DNA from: Trichoplax adhaerens
Lineage: Eukaryota > Animalia > Placozoa
Direction of reading: 5' to 3'
DNA length: 64,000 bases
Assembly: GCF_000150275.1 (NCBI RefSeq)
Contig: NW_002060952.1
Span: 1,014,482 to 1,078,481, forward strand
Position numbers and translations under genes: made by a program. The notes under the pieces were generated by a model that was not told the origin of the DNA, searched no databases, and worked only from the letters and a program-made list of their open reading frames with translations. Every line of letters starts with the position of its first letter. The first letter of the stretch is position 1. Shown here piece after piece: positions 40,601 through 60,060 of this stretch.

Positions 40601-41548
40601 CGGTAATTTCAAATTTCAATTTCAAAATCGTCATTCAATGTGTCGCTAACATCTCGGCCAGCTTAACTTTCTTTCACTTTGAAATAGGAAAAAATAACTT
40701 GTTGGGTAAGATGGAGTATTTTGACTAAAATAATTCAATTTTTTATTGTCAGTGTCTCCATTTGGCTATTTATTACAAGTGTATGTGTTCAGTGGTTAAA
40801 AATGAGCGTTAATAATCGAGTAGCCGATAGATGACGAGAACTCGAACCTAGGTGATAATTTTTCAAAGGTTGATATCAAATCTGCTGAACTGTATTGATA
40901 TTTTAGTATTGCAGAGAGTGTTTTCAAGTAGAGGTGTGGTAATTTTAAGCCTTATCTGATGTTCAGAGATATCTACTAGATACAGAGTGGAACACCTATG
41001 TAGTATTTCTCATAGCATTGCCGTAGTTTAGAGGATGCCAAACATAAATAGTTGGTATCAGAAAAAAATAATAACCAGTGAAAATTGCACTGACCAGTGT
41101 TACCGATAGCAGACTGACTGTAGAACGTTAACTCCCACCCAACCGAACTAGCGAGCGTAGTTACATTACACGGAAATCAAATGTTTTATCTCGGATTTCT
41201 CGACAAGTTCAGTGGATTTACTTATAGTACTGAGTAATAAGACATCCACGGCTAGTAATAGGTCGACTGTGACTGATCTGCAACGTAAGCAGTCAATGCC
41301 AAGCCCTTTCAGCGATTTTTACCCGACCAAACTACTGTAGTTTGCTGACATCAAACATTTCATCTCAGATTGCTCTTCGATTCATTTCATTTGTTTCAAA
41401 TTCCTGGCGATTAGATACAGTAACGTTATAGTAGGGCATAAAATCATAACATAGAAGCTATATCTCAACTTTTCAAACGTCTCATTTTTGGTCAATTTTA
41501 GAGTGCCTTTAAATTCTTGTCGTTAAACATCGAAATTGGCTAATCAAT

Positions 41549-47282
<5,734 letters not shown>

Positions 47283-50049
47283 GAAGTAATTGAGTACTAC
47301 CAACTTATCATGAAATAATTGTTAGAAACATTAGAGGCGATTGTAATTGCATACGAACGAGTGATTTGTATTTCAGATTGCATTTATTGCCTCAGATATT
47401 AAACGATAAATCTTATAATTTTAAACATATACAAAGATTAGTCTGTGGGGTTATTAAAAGTATATGTATGTTAATTTAACATAGCAACACTTCTAACATG
47501 AGCTTTATGCCCTAGAATTGTATAACTTTTTAAGTTTGTTTGTAATTTGTAATTTAATTATACGATTTATACTGCAAAGCACATAGATGACATACATATA
47601 CATTAAATGTATTCTTTGTAATGTATCTACATTTAGTTGATTGCACTTCAATTGAAATTTTATCTGGCTATGCTATCGCTTTTATTTAAATAAATCACAG
47701 AATATGAAGTGTGTCATTTAGGATGGATATAATGATTTACTACCGGCACTGACTGCAATCAATTGTCTAACTATTTGCTATAAATACCAGGTTAATTATT
47801 ATGTTTGCTGCATTATCTGGCAGTATCGTGCTTATGATGTTATTATTTTCTGTGTAACAAATTGACTACTACTGCAACCATGAAGGTGTTCCCAAAGGGG
47901 GTGTATTTTTAATTTTGTGGAAACGCTGTTGCAGTGTATTTAAAAATGCATTTACTGTTGTTGATGCAAAATATTGTATGGCTTATATAATCAAATTTAT
48001 AACAGTCACAGGGAAAATTGGATTCCAGATTATTAAAGCAAATGCGAAAAATTAAGTTTTATGCGTGATTATTTCATGTAATTAACACTTTAGAAACAAA
48101 GCAAATTTAAGTGTTTGCTGAAAGCTATCGTATCGTACTTTTTCCATGCTCTACGGCGATTAAGGATACCAAATGTAAACTTGTAACTACAATTAACTCA
48201 AAAGGCGCATAAACAACATGCTTTTATCAATCAAACTTGCCTAAATTCAGTAGTTCATGGAAAGTATAATACTATACTACGGTATAGAAATTACTGTAAA
48301 GAAGTCAAACCTGAAGTTAAAACGATTAAGCATAGCAAATTAAATAGTTTTATTACTCGACATCTTTGAAGATAAATATTAATTAACAAAAGTGTTGTAG
48401 ATATGATCGTCTCCGTTATTGACTCAGGATTAAGAGTACGTATCATATAACTTATGAAGAGCTCTGTCTCCATGTCGTTCTTAGAAGTCAACTTAAATAC
48501 TTTTACAAAGCAGTCGCAAAATTGATTAAACCTGAAAGGAACGCAGACCGTTCTTGGAAGTAGAACTGATTTATGTCAGGAAATGAGGTGATAAGAAATT
48601 GAAGTTTTGCTATTTTATTTTTAAGATACTACAGCAAATAACAAATAGATCTGATGTCTACTTACAAAATTAATGTTTAAGTCGGGTCTGTAGTCTATTA
48701 CAAGTTCTGGTATATTTCTCTCTCAAGCAAGTTGACACGTGGCCGAACATCAAGATATTTCACGATATACTATTCGATTAAAGACTAACTGCTACTTCAT
48801 AAATGAATACGCATATCTCTTAGTCTTGATAGAAAGATACAGATTTCATAGCCACGCAAATGCAGTCTATGTTTTAAAATGTGTCTGTCTGGCTTACACT
48901 TATTACATGAATTTTAATTTTCGTGCGGGTTGCAGACAACAAAAACCATTTTATAATTCGGCGTCTCATCTTATTAGCGATGAAAAACATAGAAAATTGA
49001 GAACAATATAGATCGATGAAGCTCAAGCAGAGGGTGGAAATAGCAAGCTAAATCATAATATAGATCCGTTAGGATTAGCCCCGGAAATCTGTTATAAATG
49101 CATATTCGACTGATTATATAGTTATCAAGTGTCTGGTTTACCGATATGTGTTTCTTCTAGTGTATCTTTTGGCAATTTGTAGGCTATTTTGCTAATAAAT
49201 ATAATCATCCCTTTGGTTGGATAGCTAATACCGACATTTACTTAGATTTTCTACTCATATTTGTTATTTAAAAACTGGAAAAGTATTTTTAGAATCTTTA
49301 GATAGAAATTCTTAATTTATTTCTAAAATTAGATTGTGTTCAAGATCAATAGGACTTAAATGTAGACAATATCCATCCTATATAGTAAGCCATGGTAAAA
49401 TGATCGGAACTAGAATAGGAGTTTAAAGTTTTCGCAACCTTAATCTTCCGAAATAGCTATTACAATATTGATTATATTCGTTTTCTAAATTTGCTAATGA
49501 AATTTCATCATAATTTTGACGCTTATAAGTTGATTCTTTGCTAATAACTCAACATTATTTAACTATCGCTAATGCCATATTCACCTAGGCTGTATTGTCT
49601 ATTTTCTTAAATTAAATACTAGTACTTTGTCCTGCAACTTATTAATAGATCTTGAACAGTGTATTCTTGTTTTTTCGACACTCCGTAGAAGATTTAATGC
49701 ACTATAAGTTGCTTTCAATGTGTAAATAGAACAACAAACTCATCAACTTTTAAGGAAAAGATACCGCAGTAAAGCACTTACTTAATTTCGTCATATGAGT
49801 GCTAAATTATTTGTGCCGTACGGTACTCTATTTTGATAACCAGTGGGTATGAATCTGCCATTTTGGATGGAGATATCATAAAAAGCGAAGATATTGCAAG
49901 ATCTTGGGCTGAGTTTCCTTACGTAAATGAAAATAAGCGAGATGAGTGTATTTGATAATCTTCCTAGAATTTTAATAATTTGCTTCATACGCGTACAGTT
50001 AGTAAATCGATTAATTCGAATGTTAAAGTAAACAAATTCCATGACCAAT

Positions 50050-50950
50050 TGAATTCAAGCATATTAGTAGAAAACTAGAAAATGAATCATTAAAATGAAT
50101 ATTTAGCCTCACATTGGAAGCTAATTTCACTATCTTTTCTTAATAATTATTTAAGTTAAGAAAATTCGATCTATTACATTACAACTTTCAATTTTCAGAA
50201 TACAGATCGGTATTGCTATCCATAAATGAAGACTTTTGATTACCAAGGATCAAGTAGTACGTAGATGGCAAGTTTCGTTGCAAGAAAATTATATCTATTT
50301 TACATATTGTAACTTTCAATATTCACAGTATTGATTCGCATTATTATCAATAAATTAATACTTTTGGGCAGGCTTAGGCACTTTTGGCTGGTCAATTAAG
50401 TTCAAGTATGTCAGTAAAAAACTAGAAATTGAATATTTAGCCTGGCACAGGCAGCTAATTTCATTTTCTTTTCTTAATATTCATTTCAGTCAAGAAATTA
50501 GACCTATTCTTGGATATTGGAACTTTCAATGTTCATAATGGAAATCCGTAATGCTATCCATAATTTAGACTCTTAGATAGGTTTAGGCGTTAAGTTCAAG
50601 CATGTCAGTAGAAATACAAAACGAATGAACATTTAGAGTCGAACTGGCAGCTAATTTAATCATCTCTTCTTGATATTCATTTAACTTAAGAAAATTAGGT
50701 CTATTTTTGTATATTATAACTTTCAATATTAATAATACAGTTCCGTATTACTTTTCATAAATGAACACTTTCGATTACGTAGGGTAAAAAAGTATGCAGA
50801 TGACAAGTTTTGTTGTAAGAAAATTACATCTATTCTTGCATACTATAATTTTCCCTATTCATAATACAGATCCATATTACTATACATAAATGAATATTTT
50901 TGATTACCTAGGGTAAAATGGTATGCACATGGCAAGTTTTGTTGCAAAGG
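50050..50950. repeat. Degenerate higher-order tandem repeat
   Basis: Module A (TTCAAG.ATGTCAGTA.AAA...GAATATTTAGCC...CAGCTAATTTCA) at ~50054, ~50401, ~50595; module B (AAGAAAATT..ATCTATT...AACTTTCAAT...AATACAG.TC..TATT.CTATCCATAAATGAA) at ~50158, ~50282, ~50492, ~50688, ~50817. Confidence 0.85.
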
Positions 50951-53900
50951 CGAATATCTGGCACATTAACCCTTTCTTACACTCTTACCCTTTGAAAGAG
51001 ACTAGTCCTACAACCCGTCGCGTTGCTGATGGACTATGGCTCATAACGCTGTCCATATTACTTATGCAAATACGTATATTGTTGACATCAAACAATTATC
51101 CGAAGCAGGTATTTAAATTTTTTACAGTAAAAAATTTCCGACCGCATGTTTTTTCAACGTTTAACTTAGCTTTTATTCAATTGGTCGAGGTTTATAATCA
51201 AGCACGCCAGTATGAATAATTATCAATGCTTATGAAGTGTAAAAATGAAGTATTCAAATTGCATTCTCATCAGGAAAAATCAACAATAAAATTTAAACCT
51301 CTTCTAACTTCAAAGAGTATCATTAGTCATTTCTAGAGGGTGGAAAAATTGTAATCCTCTATTTGATTCCGTTATTTTGTTCTTTAATTTACCGTTTCAA
51401 CAATCAATGAATCCGATTGGATAATGGTAACTTCTAATGGTAGACGGATTAATATGGTACGACTACATGACTTAATTAAGATATCTATCTGCAATTCTCA
51501 GCATGTATTAAAGTTACCGGATCTCTATTTCACGCTTGAATGGAGGACGGAAGCTCGTAAGGATATAAAATATATCTGTTATTGTATCTCTATCTAGAGA
51601 AATATCTTACAACTTTCTTGACTTTCAAGTAGATAAGTAAGGATTCTTGATTAATTTTATTGAATTCTTATCGTCTATAGTATATTGATTAGTACTTAGT
51701 TCGTGTTCCGAATTCTTCTTTGCCATATAGGCGACGATTCCGTTCGATTTGAAACAAAAAAGTCATAGTGGGCATTCAAACCAATTCGAGTCAGGAAGCA
51801 GGTGTTGATTAATTTCACATTGATAACAATATCTAAAGAGTCTGAAGTAAATTAAAACTATCGTCTAAAATGGGTACCTCTGGCTATCATACAACGTCAT
51901 CAGGTATTTTATTCCATTTTTTCTATCTGCTTGTCCATGTCATGTTGTAAAGTAAAATAACTGATTGCATTACATTGACTGTTATACATCTATCATAACG
52001 TGGCGATAGAATATTTTAGAATTATTTCTTTTATTTTATAGACATGGGAGGGGAAAGAATTGGCAATATTTTATTTTATATCATGCGTGACATTGTCTAT
52101 TACCGTCTCGTCTATTGATGTCGACCAAGAAAATGATGCTTGCATATTTTTTTATTAATTTGATCGATAAAGTATCTTTACTGAAGCGATTCTCTCCGCC
52201 GTTAACACATGATTAACTACGTTACCAGGCTGCAAGATAAAAAAAGCTCAAGATTGGATAAAGTAGAATAGTCAGTATTGGATTTTTTTAAGGCGGTAAC
52301 AATATACTCTGGCAGACATGAAATTGATTCAATAGAAATGTCAATCCTTTGTATATTATACAAACTATCATTGCTATCTAGGCTATTAAGAGCTTTCCAT
52401 AATTGAGAGTCTATTAAACGAACAAACATAGAGTATAATTTAAGTGTTTGTTAATCAATGTTGAATATGAGCTAAGCAGACATGTATTAATATTTGAATT
52501 TATTGCCTAGACCTGCCTGTATAATAACTAACTTGACATAATAGTTAAAATATGTTAAAAACAGTAGAACTCAGTAGCATACTAGCTATCCTATCTTACA
52601 GATGACTGCATAAAGATAATTAATTGCCTTAGATTGCCATTTTTGAGTTCAAAATAGATCATAGCATACTGAAATTTACAGTTTGAACATAATCAATGAC
52701 AGAGATGGCTGAAAAAGATATTCAATCCGACAGGGTGAATTAGGCGTTTTCTTTCAGCTAAATGATTGACATATTAGACAGGTCGACGTCAAGGTAAATT
52801 AGACATTTGCAAGAAGATGCGACTATTCAATCGGTAATATCTCTTCTTAATGCTACAGTTGAAGAAATTGAATTGTTCAAACAGTTGATAAAATTCAATT
52901 CAATATCATTAATGAATATTTGATTTAAAAAATGAATTGATTAACCTGTAGCTAAGGGATTATAGAAAAAATTGATATGATTTAAATTGCCTCCTCCATT
53001 AATTATAGAAAATATCAAAAGAAGGAGGAGCAAGGAGATTAAATTTTCTGATTGCAGTAATTCTGCACCCTAAAGACGGATAATAATGTCTGACAGAATT
53101 CAGAACCGATCTAGCAATTAGGGCGTCAAATAGGAACAACGTGACTATCTTATGTCTAATCCAGTATAATTTAATCTTTCATTTAAATTCAATGTAGCCA
53201 CTATAGAATGAATTTATTGGAAATACAGAATAGAGGGTTTATTTTATTCGATTTATTATTTCAATGGTTGCTAAAGCCGGAAAATGCAGTCATGATTTCC
53301 TTCTTGCAATATTGTCACTCTATACGATTGCAACTCTGTTGGAGGTAACATCAATCAATCAGTTGTTTGTATCAGTTACCTTTGATAGAACGTAAAGATT
53401 CCTTGTTATTTGCAATAACAGTATAAAATTAGCGTGAAATAGCTGAATTGAAAGAAAGAAGTTAATTTTGGGAGATATTGCATAAATAAGATTTCCAATC
53501 AGGCATTTGATACAAATAAGAATTCAGGATCCCATTCCATAAATCTATTTATAAGCATAGTGATAGGCAATTGGTATAGTAATTTAAATAATGCTTTACA
53601 GCTATTCATGTTGAAAAACTAAAATTTATGTATTGGATAACTGAGTGATACCTTAATTACTCTTATTTGCATATTCATATACCTGAAAGCTACAGCAAGT
53701 TCTCGTATTTTTTGCAGTGTTCCGTTTTTATTCGATTAGAATTGACATAGCTGATCAATAAGGGATAGAGTTTTATCTATATATAACCAATATAGCAATT
53801 TTTTTAATCCACTGCTGGCAGTAAACTATACGCCGGAAAAATTACACACCAAGGATCAGTCAACATTAAAATGCTAAAAATGATTTATTAAACTTAGTTG

Positions 53901-56900
53901 GTATATGATATAGTCGATTAATTATGTCACCAACTGGGAAAGTCTATTCATGTGTCACGGTACGAACTACCGTGAAGAAATAGATATCTAAATCTGGTTA
54001 ATATAATATAGTGATATTATATTACAACTAGTTACTTACATTAGGAATTATTCTAATTATAAATGTGTTACAGTAAATTTAATGCTGTGCTGTAATGTGT
54101 ACTGAAATGATTCTGTGAATGGACATATTGTAGTCCGACTGTGAAAAGCTTGTTAGTAGATGTTCTCACCTAAGCATTTTTATAAGATGACTTGTGAATG
54201 TTAGCTGCTGTAGAAAGGTATATAAGCCCGTCAGATAGTTGAATAAAGCAGTTCTCAATTGTATAGTTGTTTTAACGTAGAAGCAAAGGCGTCTAAATTC
54301 TTGTGAGGTAGTTAAGGGATACTGAATCCCGGAGACTATAGTAATTTAGAGATTAGTTTTACGTTATCCTTGTCACGAAGCTGGTTTGTGACATCATGGG
54401 AGACTCCGTAGCAAGATAGATAGATAATAATGTACACAAATTTCGAAATAATACTACACTATCAGGATTAGCCATGGTAAGAATCGTCTGCTCTACAAGA
54501 GTATTGCAGATTCAAAAAGATGTAACATTTCTGAGCAAGATTAAGCTACTAGATTCTGTAGTCGATAATCCGAATACTTTTCAAATTTCCGTCATTTATA
54601 GGCTCAATATAAATTAGGACTTTCTCAGTATTGAAAAATCAAGTTTTCTAGTAAATTAAACTAGTATAAATTAGAAAAAATGAATTTAATTGAAGTTGTT
54701 AATACTAGTATTCAAAATTAAAAGTGTAGCTAATAGTATGCTAACTCTATCTTTCATTCAATAACAGAGATTATCGTAAAAACTGTTTGATTATAGGGTG
54801 GATAAAGAGATGTACATGGATATTATTTTGCTTTAGTGGCCATTTAAAAAGTTGCTATAGTATTGGCGTTAATTGTGGTTTTATAGAATCATCAATAATC
54901 TTAGTGTAATAAAATTAAGAAAACGGTTGATTAATTATGTTAAAAAGAGATTACTAAAGCAAGGATAGACTTCTAATCTTCTACAAGAATGTATCGCATT
55001 TAAGCTCGTATATGGATAGTTTATACAGTGGTTGAGAATCCTAGATAAAAAGGCAGCCAGTTATTCATTCATTTAAATTTTACACTTCATGAAATACTTA
55101 GATATGAATAACTAGGATAGCAGACAATATCGATAGAAATTAGGTGCCATACGAAATGATAGAATTATACATTTGGATATGTGGCGTAATTATTTATCGA
55201 TTAAAAGTTAAGAACTATGCTATATAAAGTATGATGATATCAAAACTATGAATATTTTCAATTTAAGTAGTTCAAGCTAATATTTTTTAAGAACAATTCT
55301 GTTAAATTTTAGAAGAATCTATTTAGGGTCTTTTACTTTACAAGTATTAATAGACTCCGTACCTTTATATAGCTACTTTCAGATCCCCTTGGGCTATCCT
55401 GCCTGTTTGGATTCAGAAAGTAGCATAATAACCTGATGATCAGTGCAGGTGTAACCAACTACTAGTAGATATAATCGTTGACTTAATTCTTCCTCTAGTA
55501 GTCCGTTATAAAATCTGGAAGAAAAGTGATTTCGCAAACTACACCGAAACAACATTAACTGAGCGATGTCCTTTTACTTCTAAACTGCATCTATTTCAAT
55601 GAACACTTGTAAGAAAGTCAAAATTTAGCTGGTGGATAATTTTTTAAGTACGATCCTACTCGATCATTCCCTTCCAAATCACTTTATGTTTGGCAATTTT
55701 ACCATTGTGAGATAATTCTCTTTAAACATTAATTTAATATTAATGATTGGCGATATGTTGGATATGTTCTATTTGATCTACAGCAAAATGTATAATTCTG
55801 TTAGGTTGCCAGAGGGGGAATTCATGGTAAACTAAAAGCTTTGCAAGTCGATTCTGATTGATAACGATTCCAATTTTAGCTCTCCATTTTTTTTACCTAT
55901 ACAGGCATTGTTTATTAAAACCTTACTCTATTTCATGCCAATTACAATAAAATTTTATAGACTAATGGCAGTAGCTATTTTAAGGCTTAACTTGGCTATG
56001 CTATAAATTCTCATTAGTGGTCAATCCCAAGGTACACTTTAACGACAGCGGTAATATTGGTAATCATCAAAACATTATGGTATTGTTATGTATTGGTTGT
56101 TATGAAGAGGAAATATAACTGCTTATCTAGATTGCTTGTCTAGATTACCATGATGTAAAATCTGTAATACAACATTTATGATAAATGATGGTAACAAAAT
56201 CAAAATAAAAAATACCAACAATTCTATAATTTATCAGTGTTATTTTTAGTTATCAATTTTTCGACTACAACAAGTATCAAGGATGTCTATTTTAATCAAT
56301 AGCTATTAATATTGTTATATATACATATATATATGCATATAGCTAGGTTAGTGATGTTCAATGAATGGATGAATACTGATCAAATTTTTATTTTCCTCTT
56401 TTGACGCCCTGTATTATGTATTTAAATTATTATAATTGAAGTGGGCGTCTAAATATAGCGAAAGTGAATTCAAAGTAGATAGAGAAAACAAACTACCAGC
56501 TTGTTTTTTTTTTATTTTTCAAATACATATATACAGGTATTATGTTGCAAGGGGGAATATTGTAAATTCAATTCAAATTTCGCTAGGGTATTCGCATTGA
56601 TCTTTTTTTCTTGTAACAGCTAAGTTACAAACAGAAGAGCAATTGATTAGCACGTTGAAGATGAGGTTATAAGCTATTAGTATGATGGAACTACTTCCGT
56701 GTTTTGGTATGGAAAGAAAACACAAGTAGGCCTTAGCTATTTGACGATCATGATATGAGAAAAAATATCCGTTAATCAATCAGTCAATTTATGCAATGTT
56801 CATTTATCATTTCTCATATTTTTGAATAATAAATGAAGGACGACAAATCAGTATTGACAAAAAATATAGTGAATAGGAAAAGAAGACGGAAAGGAAATTG

Positions 56901-59142
56901 TTTAAAAATAAAAAGTAGAAAAACAATGCCAACAATTGATTAATGAGACTAGATAAATGAACAAAGCATAAAAGCAGAAAAATGTATTTATGCCAAAATG
57001 GTTTGTTGTTGTTTTCCTACTTATTTATTCTTTTATTATCAAATTCTTGTTAGGTTATGTTACTTAGCAACATGACATTAACTAGTTCAAATGATGATCA
57101 ATTCTTGTTGGTTAGGTAAAAATTATTATAAATGATGTAGAATTATACCGATAGAATAGATCTATATAAATATAAATATAACCTTATCGATAGTAAGAGG
57201 AAATGAATAGTAACATAACAATTCCTGACATTGTCATAACAGTAATAGATGATATTATAGTTGACTAACTATTTTTAATTTTTCAGAAATGTTAATTCTC
57301 TGATATCATGCAAGATAATATGCATAGTTGGTTGAGGTGAATTAATGTCTTAATCTTAAAAATGCTGATGACTAAGAATTGAATTCGCCATTTTCGACTG
57401 TTTACATTATCGAAATTGTTTGTCAATCCCTTAATAATAACGATGAAAAAGTATTAAATCGCTTGCAATGTTAGATTGAAATATACGATCACATGATAAC
57501 CTGCTAGTTTATTTAGTGATCGTAGTTAACGATTTACTGTTATACTATGGCTTGGTCTTCATGTAAATAGAAAAAAAAGGCATAGTGGAATTATGAAATA
57601 ATTAAAATTCTATATTACATGTGGTAGACAAAAAGTGTCCAATGATTACATAGTTGACACAAATAATTGTTTGCGATTTTTTCTACTAGTAATGTGTAGT
57701 CATTTAGCTTATATCATATAATTAAAGGAAGAATGTTAGTGGATAATTTAATGTCATGATTATCGCCGTTGTAGTAGTGATAATGGTCTTGAAGACTATA
57801 TTATGCTTATTGACTACAACATTTATCGTTGGTAGCTTTAATAGTAGACAATATTAGTTAACAGGAATGAAAAGTTGACAATTTTATTAAAGATTCTATT
57901 TTTTGAATATAGAAAAAAAATAGGTCTATAATTCAAAATAGATTACTACTTGTCAAAGTGATTTTATTTTTAAATATGCATCTTAAAAATACTAGAATTT
58001 TTGATGGCACCATTCGATCTATAAATATAAGTGGAGAAAGATTATGAATTCTACTGTGGTATAATACCTAATCTAATCGCAATAAATATTGTGTTTGCTG
58101 TGTATAGTGAGCAAATAGTTGTTTCACACCAAGTTGAGTGACTACATAATTAATTCATGGATAGTAATAAATGATATTCAATCTGTATGGATCAATAATA
58201 CTATTGAATTAGAAGACAGTAAGTAAATAGCACTGCTACGATAAAAACTATAATTTCATTTGATATGATTTTCAATATGTAGCATATTTTACTTGTTGTG
58301 AAGACTATAGAGGAAATTTTGCCTCGTACCAAATGATAAGTATTTATTCTTCTTAGGCTAAAGAATATATTCTGCACTGTGCTATCATTTGTATGTATTG
58401 ATCTACCTATCGATAACTTTATCTCAAGCCTACAGAGGTATTAATAGATACTCCCTATGGATAGAATGACAGATTAGAGTGGCAAAAATATCGTGCCTGA
58501 AAACAATCTACCTATCTCTATCTATCAATTTGCAAATATACTGTCTTCATTTCTACTATATTTAAAATATCAATACAATACCCAAAGTGATATTTCGAAT
58601 TCTCTATGACAATAATTCAATCTAGTCAATTATTAAATAAAATACTGGCTATTTTTATATTTTAAAACTATTTTTCGATATGATGAATCTTGGCTATTCT
58701 AAAGAATGACTATCCTGTCCAGCAAAAATCCTTCTATCCAACTCGTTATCGTAGTCTACTATTCTTAGCCAAGCCTTTAGGTTATATTATACTATTTCAG
58801 CCCTCTAACTGTGATTCGATCTATATTAAGAATATTGATTTTTTTATTTAGTATATTGCATCTTTTTACCACTTGATATAATATATATAGATAGTATGTT
58901 ATTGAGTATCTCATCAATTTGCAAAGCTTATCCTTTTCTGTCATGTCACAAGACATATAGATCCACTATAGGTTTTCTTCGATCTCTAGCTATATCCTAC
59001 AAGCTCAACGACTGTAGAATAGAAATTAATTTTGTAGTTAGAATACTAGTATACCGTAGAATAGAATTCACTCTTGAATGTCATAAACATCCGATGAATT
59101 GTTTACTATAAGCAAAAGTTTTTCTATAATTTGAAATCAAGC

Positions 59143-59270
59143 TGACGTCACAATTACGTAACCGGATGTTTGCGTATTTTTAATATATTGTGCAATGTAA
59201 TTTATTGACGTACTTTATAAAAATTGTCCCATTTAGCCATTTTGTTAGTATTATTGATAGAGCCAATCAT
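59143..59270 (+). promoter_or_regulatory. Dense transcription-factor site cluster upstream of PaxB (candidate promoter or enhancer)
   Basis: TGACGTCA (CRE) 59143-59150, TTACGTAA 59154-59161, ACCGGATGT (ETS-type) 59161-59169, AGCCAATCA 59261-59269, followed by a GC-richer patch to ~59490. Confidence 0.45.
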
Positions 59271-60047
59271 TGGAAATTGGGTTTCATGTTTTATTTCATA
59301 AGAATAGCTGCTAGATTACAAACAAATAGTTGCAGCCGCACATTGCTTTAAATGCAAGCTGAACAGCTCGATTGCACATCAGATACAACCGTGCTGTGGC
59401 TCAACTAGCAGTGAGTAGCGCTCGCTGTAGTGGTCGCACCGGATTTAACTAACTTTGACGCCAAGTATTCCAATTATTATCATACACCGTGACCAATTGC
59501 CATTTATTTGGAGCATTTTCATCTTGGATTTTATCTTATTGCTATTAGTACTATATTACTTGACTGTAAACAGTCAGTCTAGTTTAGGTTAAAAGAAAAA
59601 TTAGTTCGTACGATATTGATTTTCCTTCATCCGACCAGTTCTATTTTGAGCACTTCGACGCTGTAAGCCAATCCCACGCTACATTGGAATCTTATTAGCT
59701 ATTCTAAAATATCCTATTGATATTGAGTTCATTAATTTCTAGTACAGTTTTGCTTCTAATAACTATATCAGCTTGCAAGAATTTTACGTTAATTCAAATC
59801 AACTTATCTCAATATATTTTATAATACTACAATTTGAATTGGTCTCATCCTATATTCAAGCAATTGTATCTCCTTGGTCTCCAACTTATTGAAATTAGCT
59901 GCAATCAACTTTCAATACTGATCTACATACCATTTTTCATTGATTGGAAGTGAATTTTCACCGTAATCTACTCCTGGAATTAAAAAAGTATTTCTCTAAT
60001 CTACTCTTCTTGCCTACCGAATCAATCAATCAATACTAGACATAGTT

Positions 60048-60060
60048 ATGCCGCATTCAG
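60048..60060 (+). CDS. PaxB: Candidate first coding micro-exon of PaxB (MPHS-G)
   Basis: ATG CCG CAT TCA G|GTATTG is a phase-1 donor that joins the phase-1 acceptor at 63368 to give [14 protein letters not shown], similar to the MPH(T/S)G starts of PoxN/PaxA-type proteins. Confidence 0.5.
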
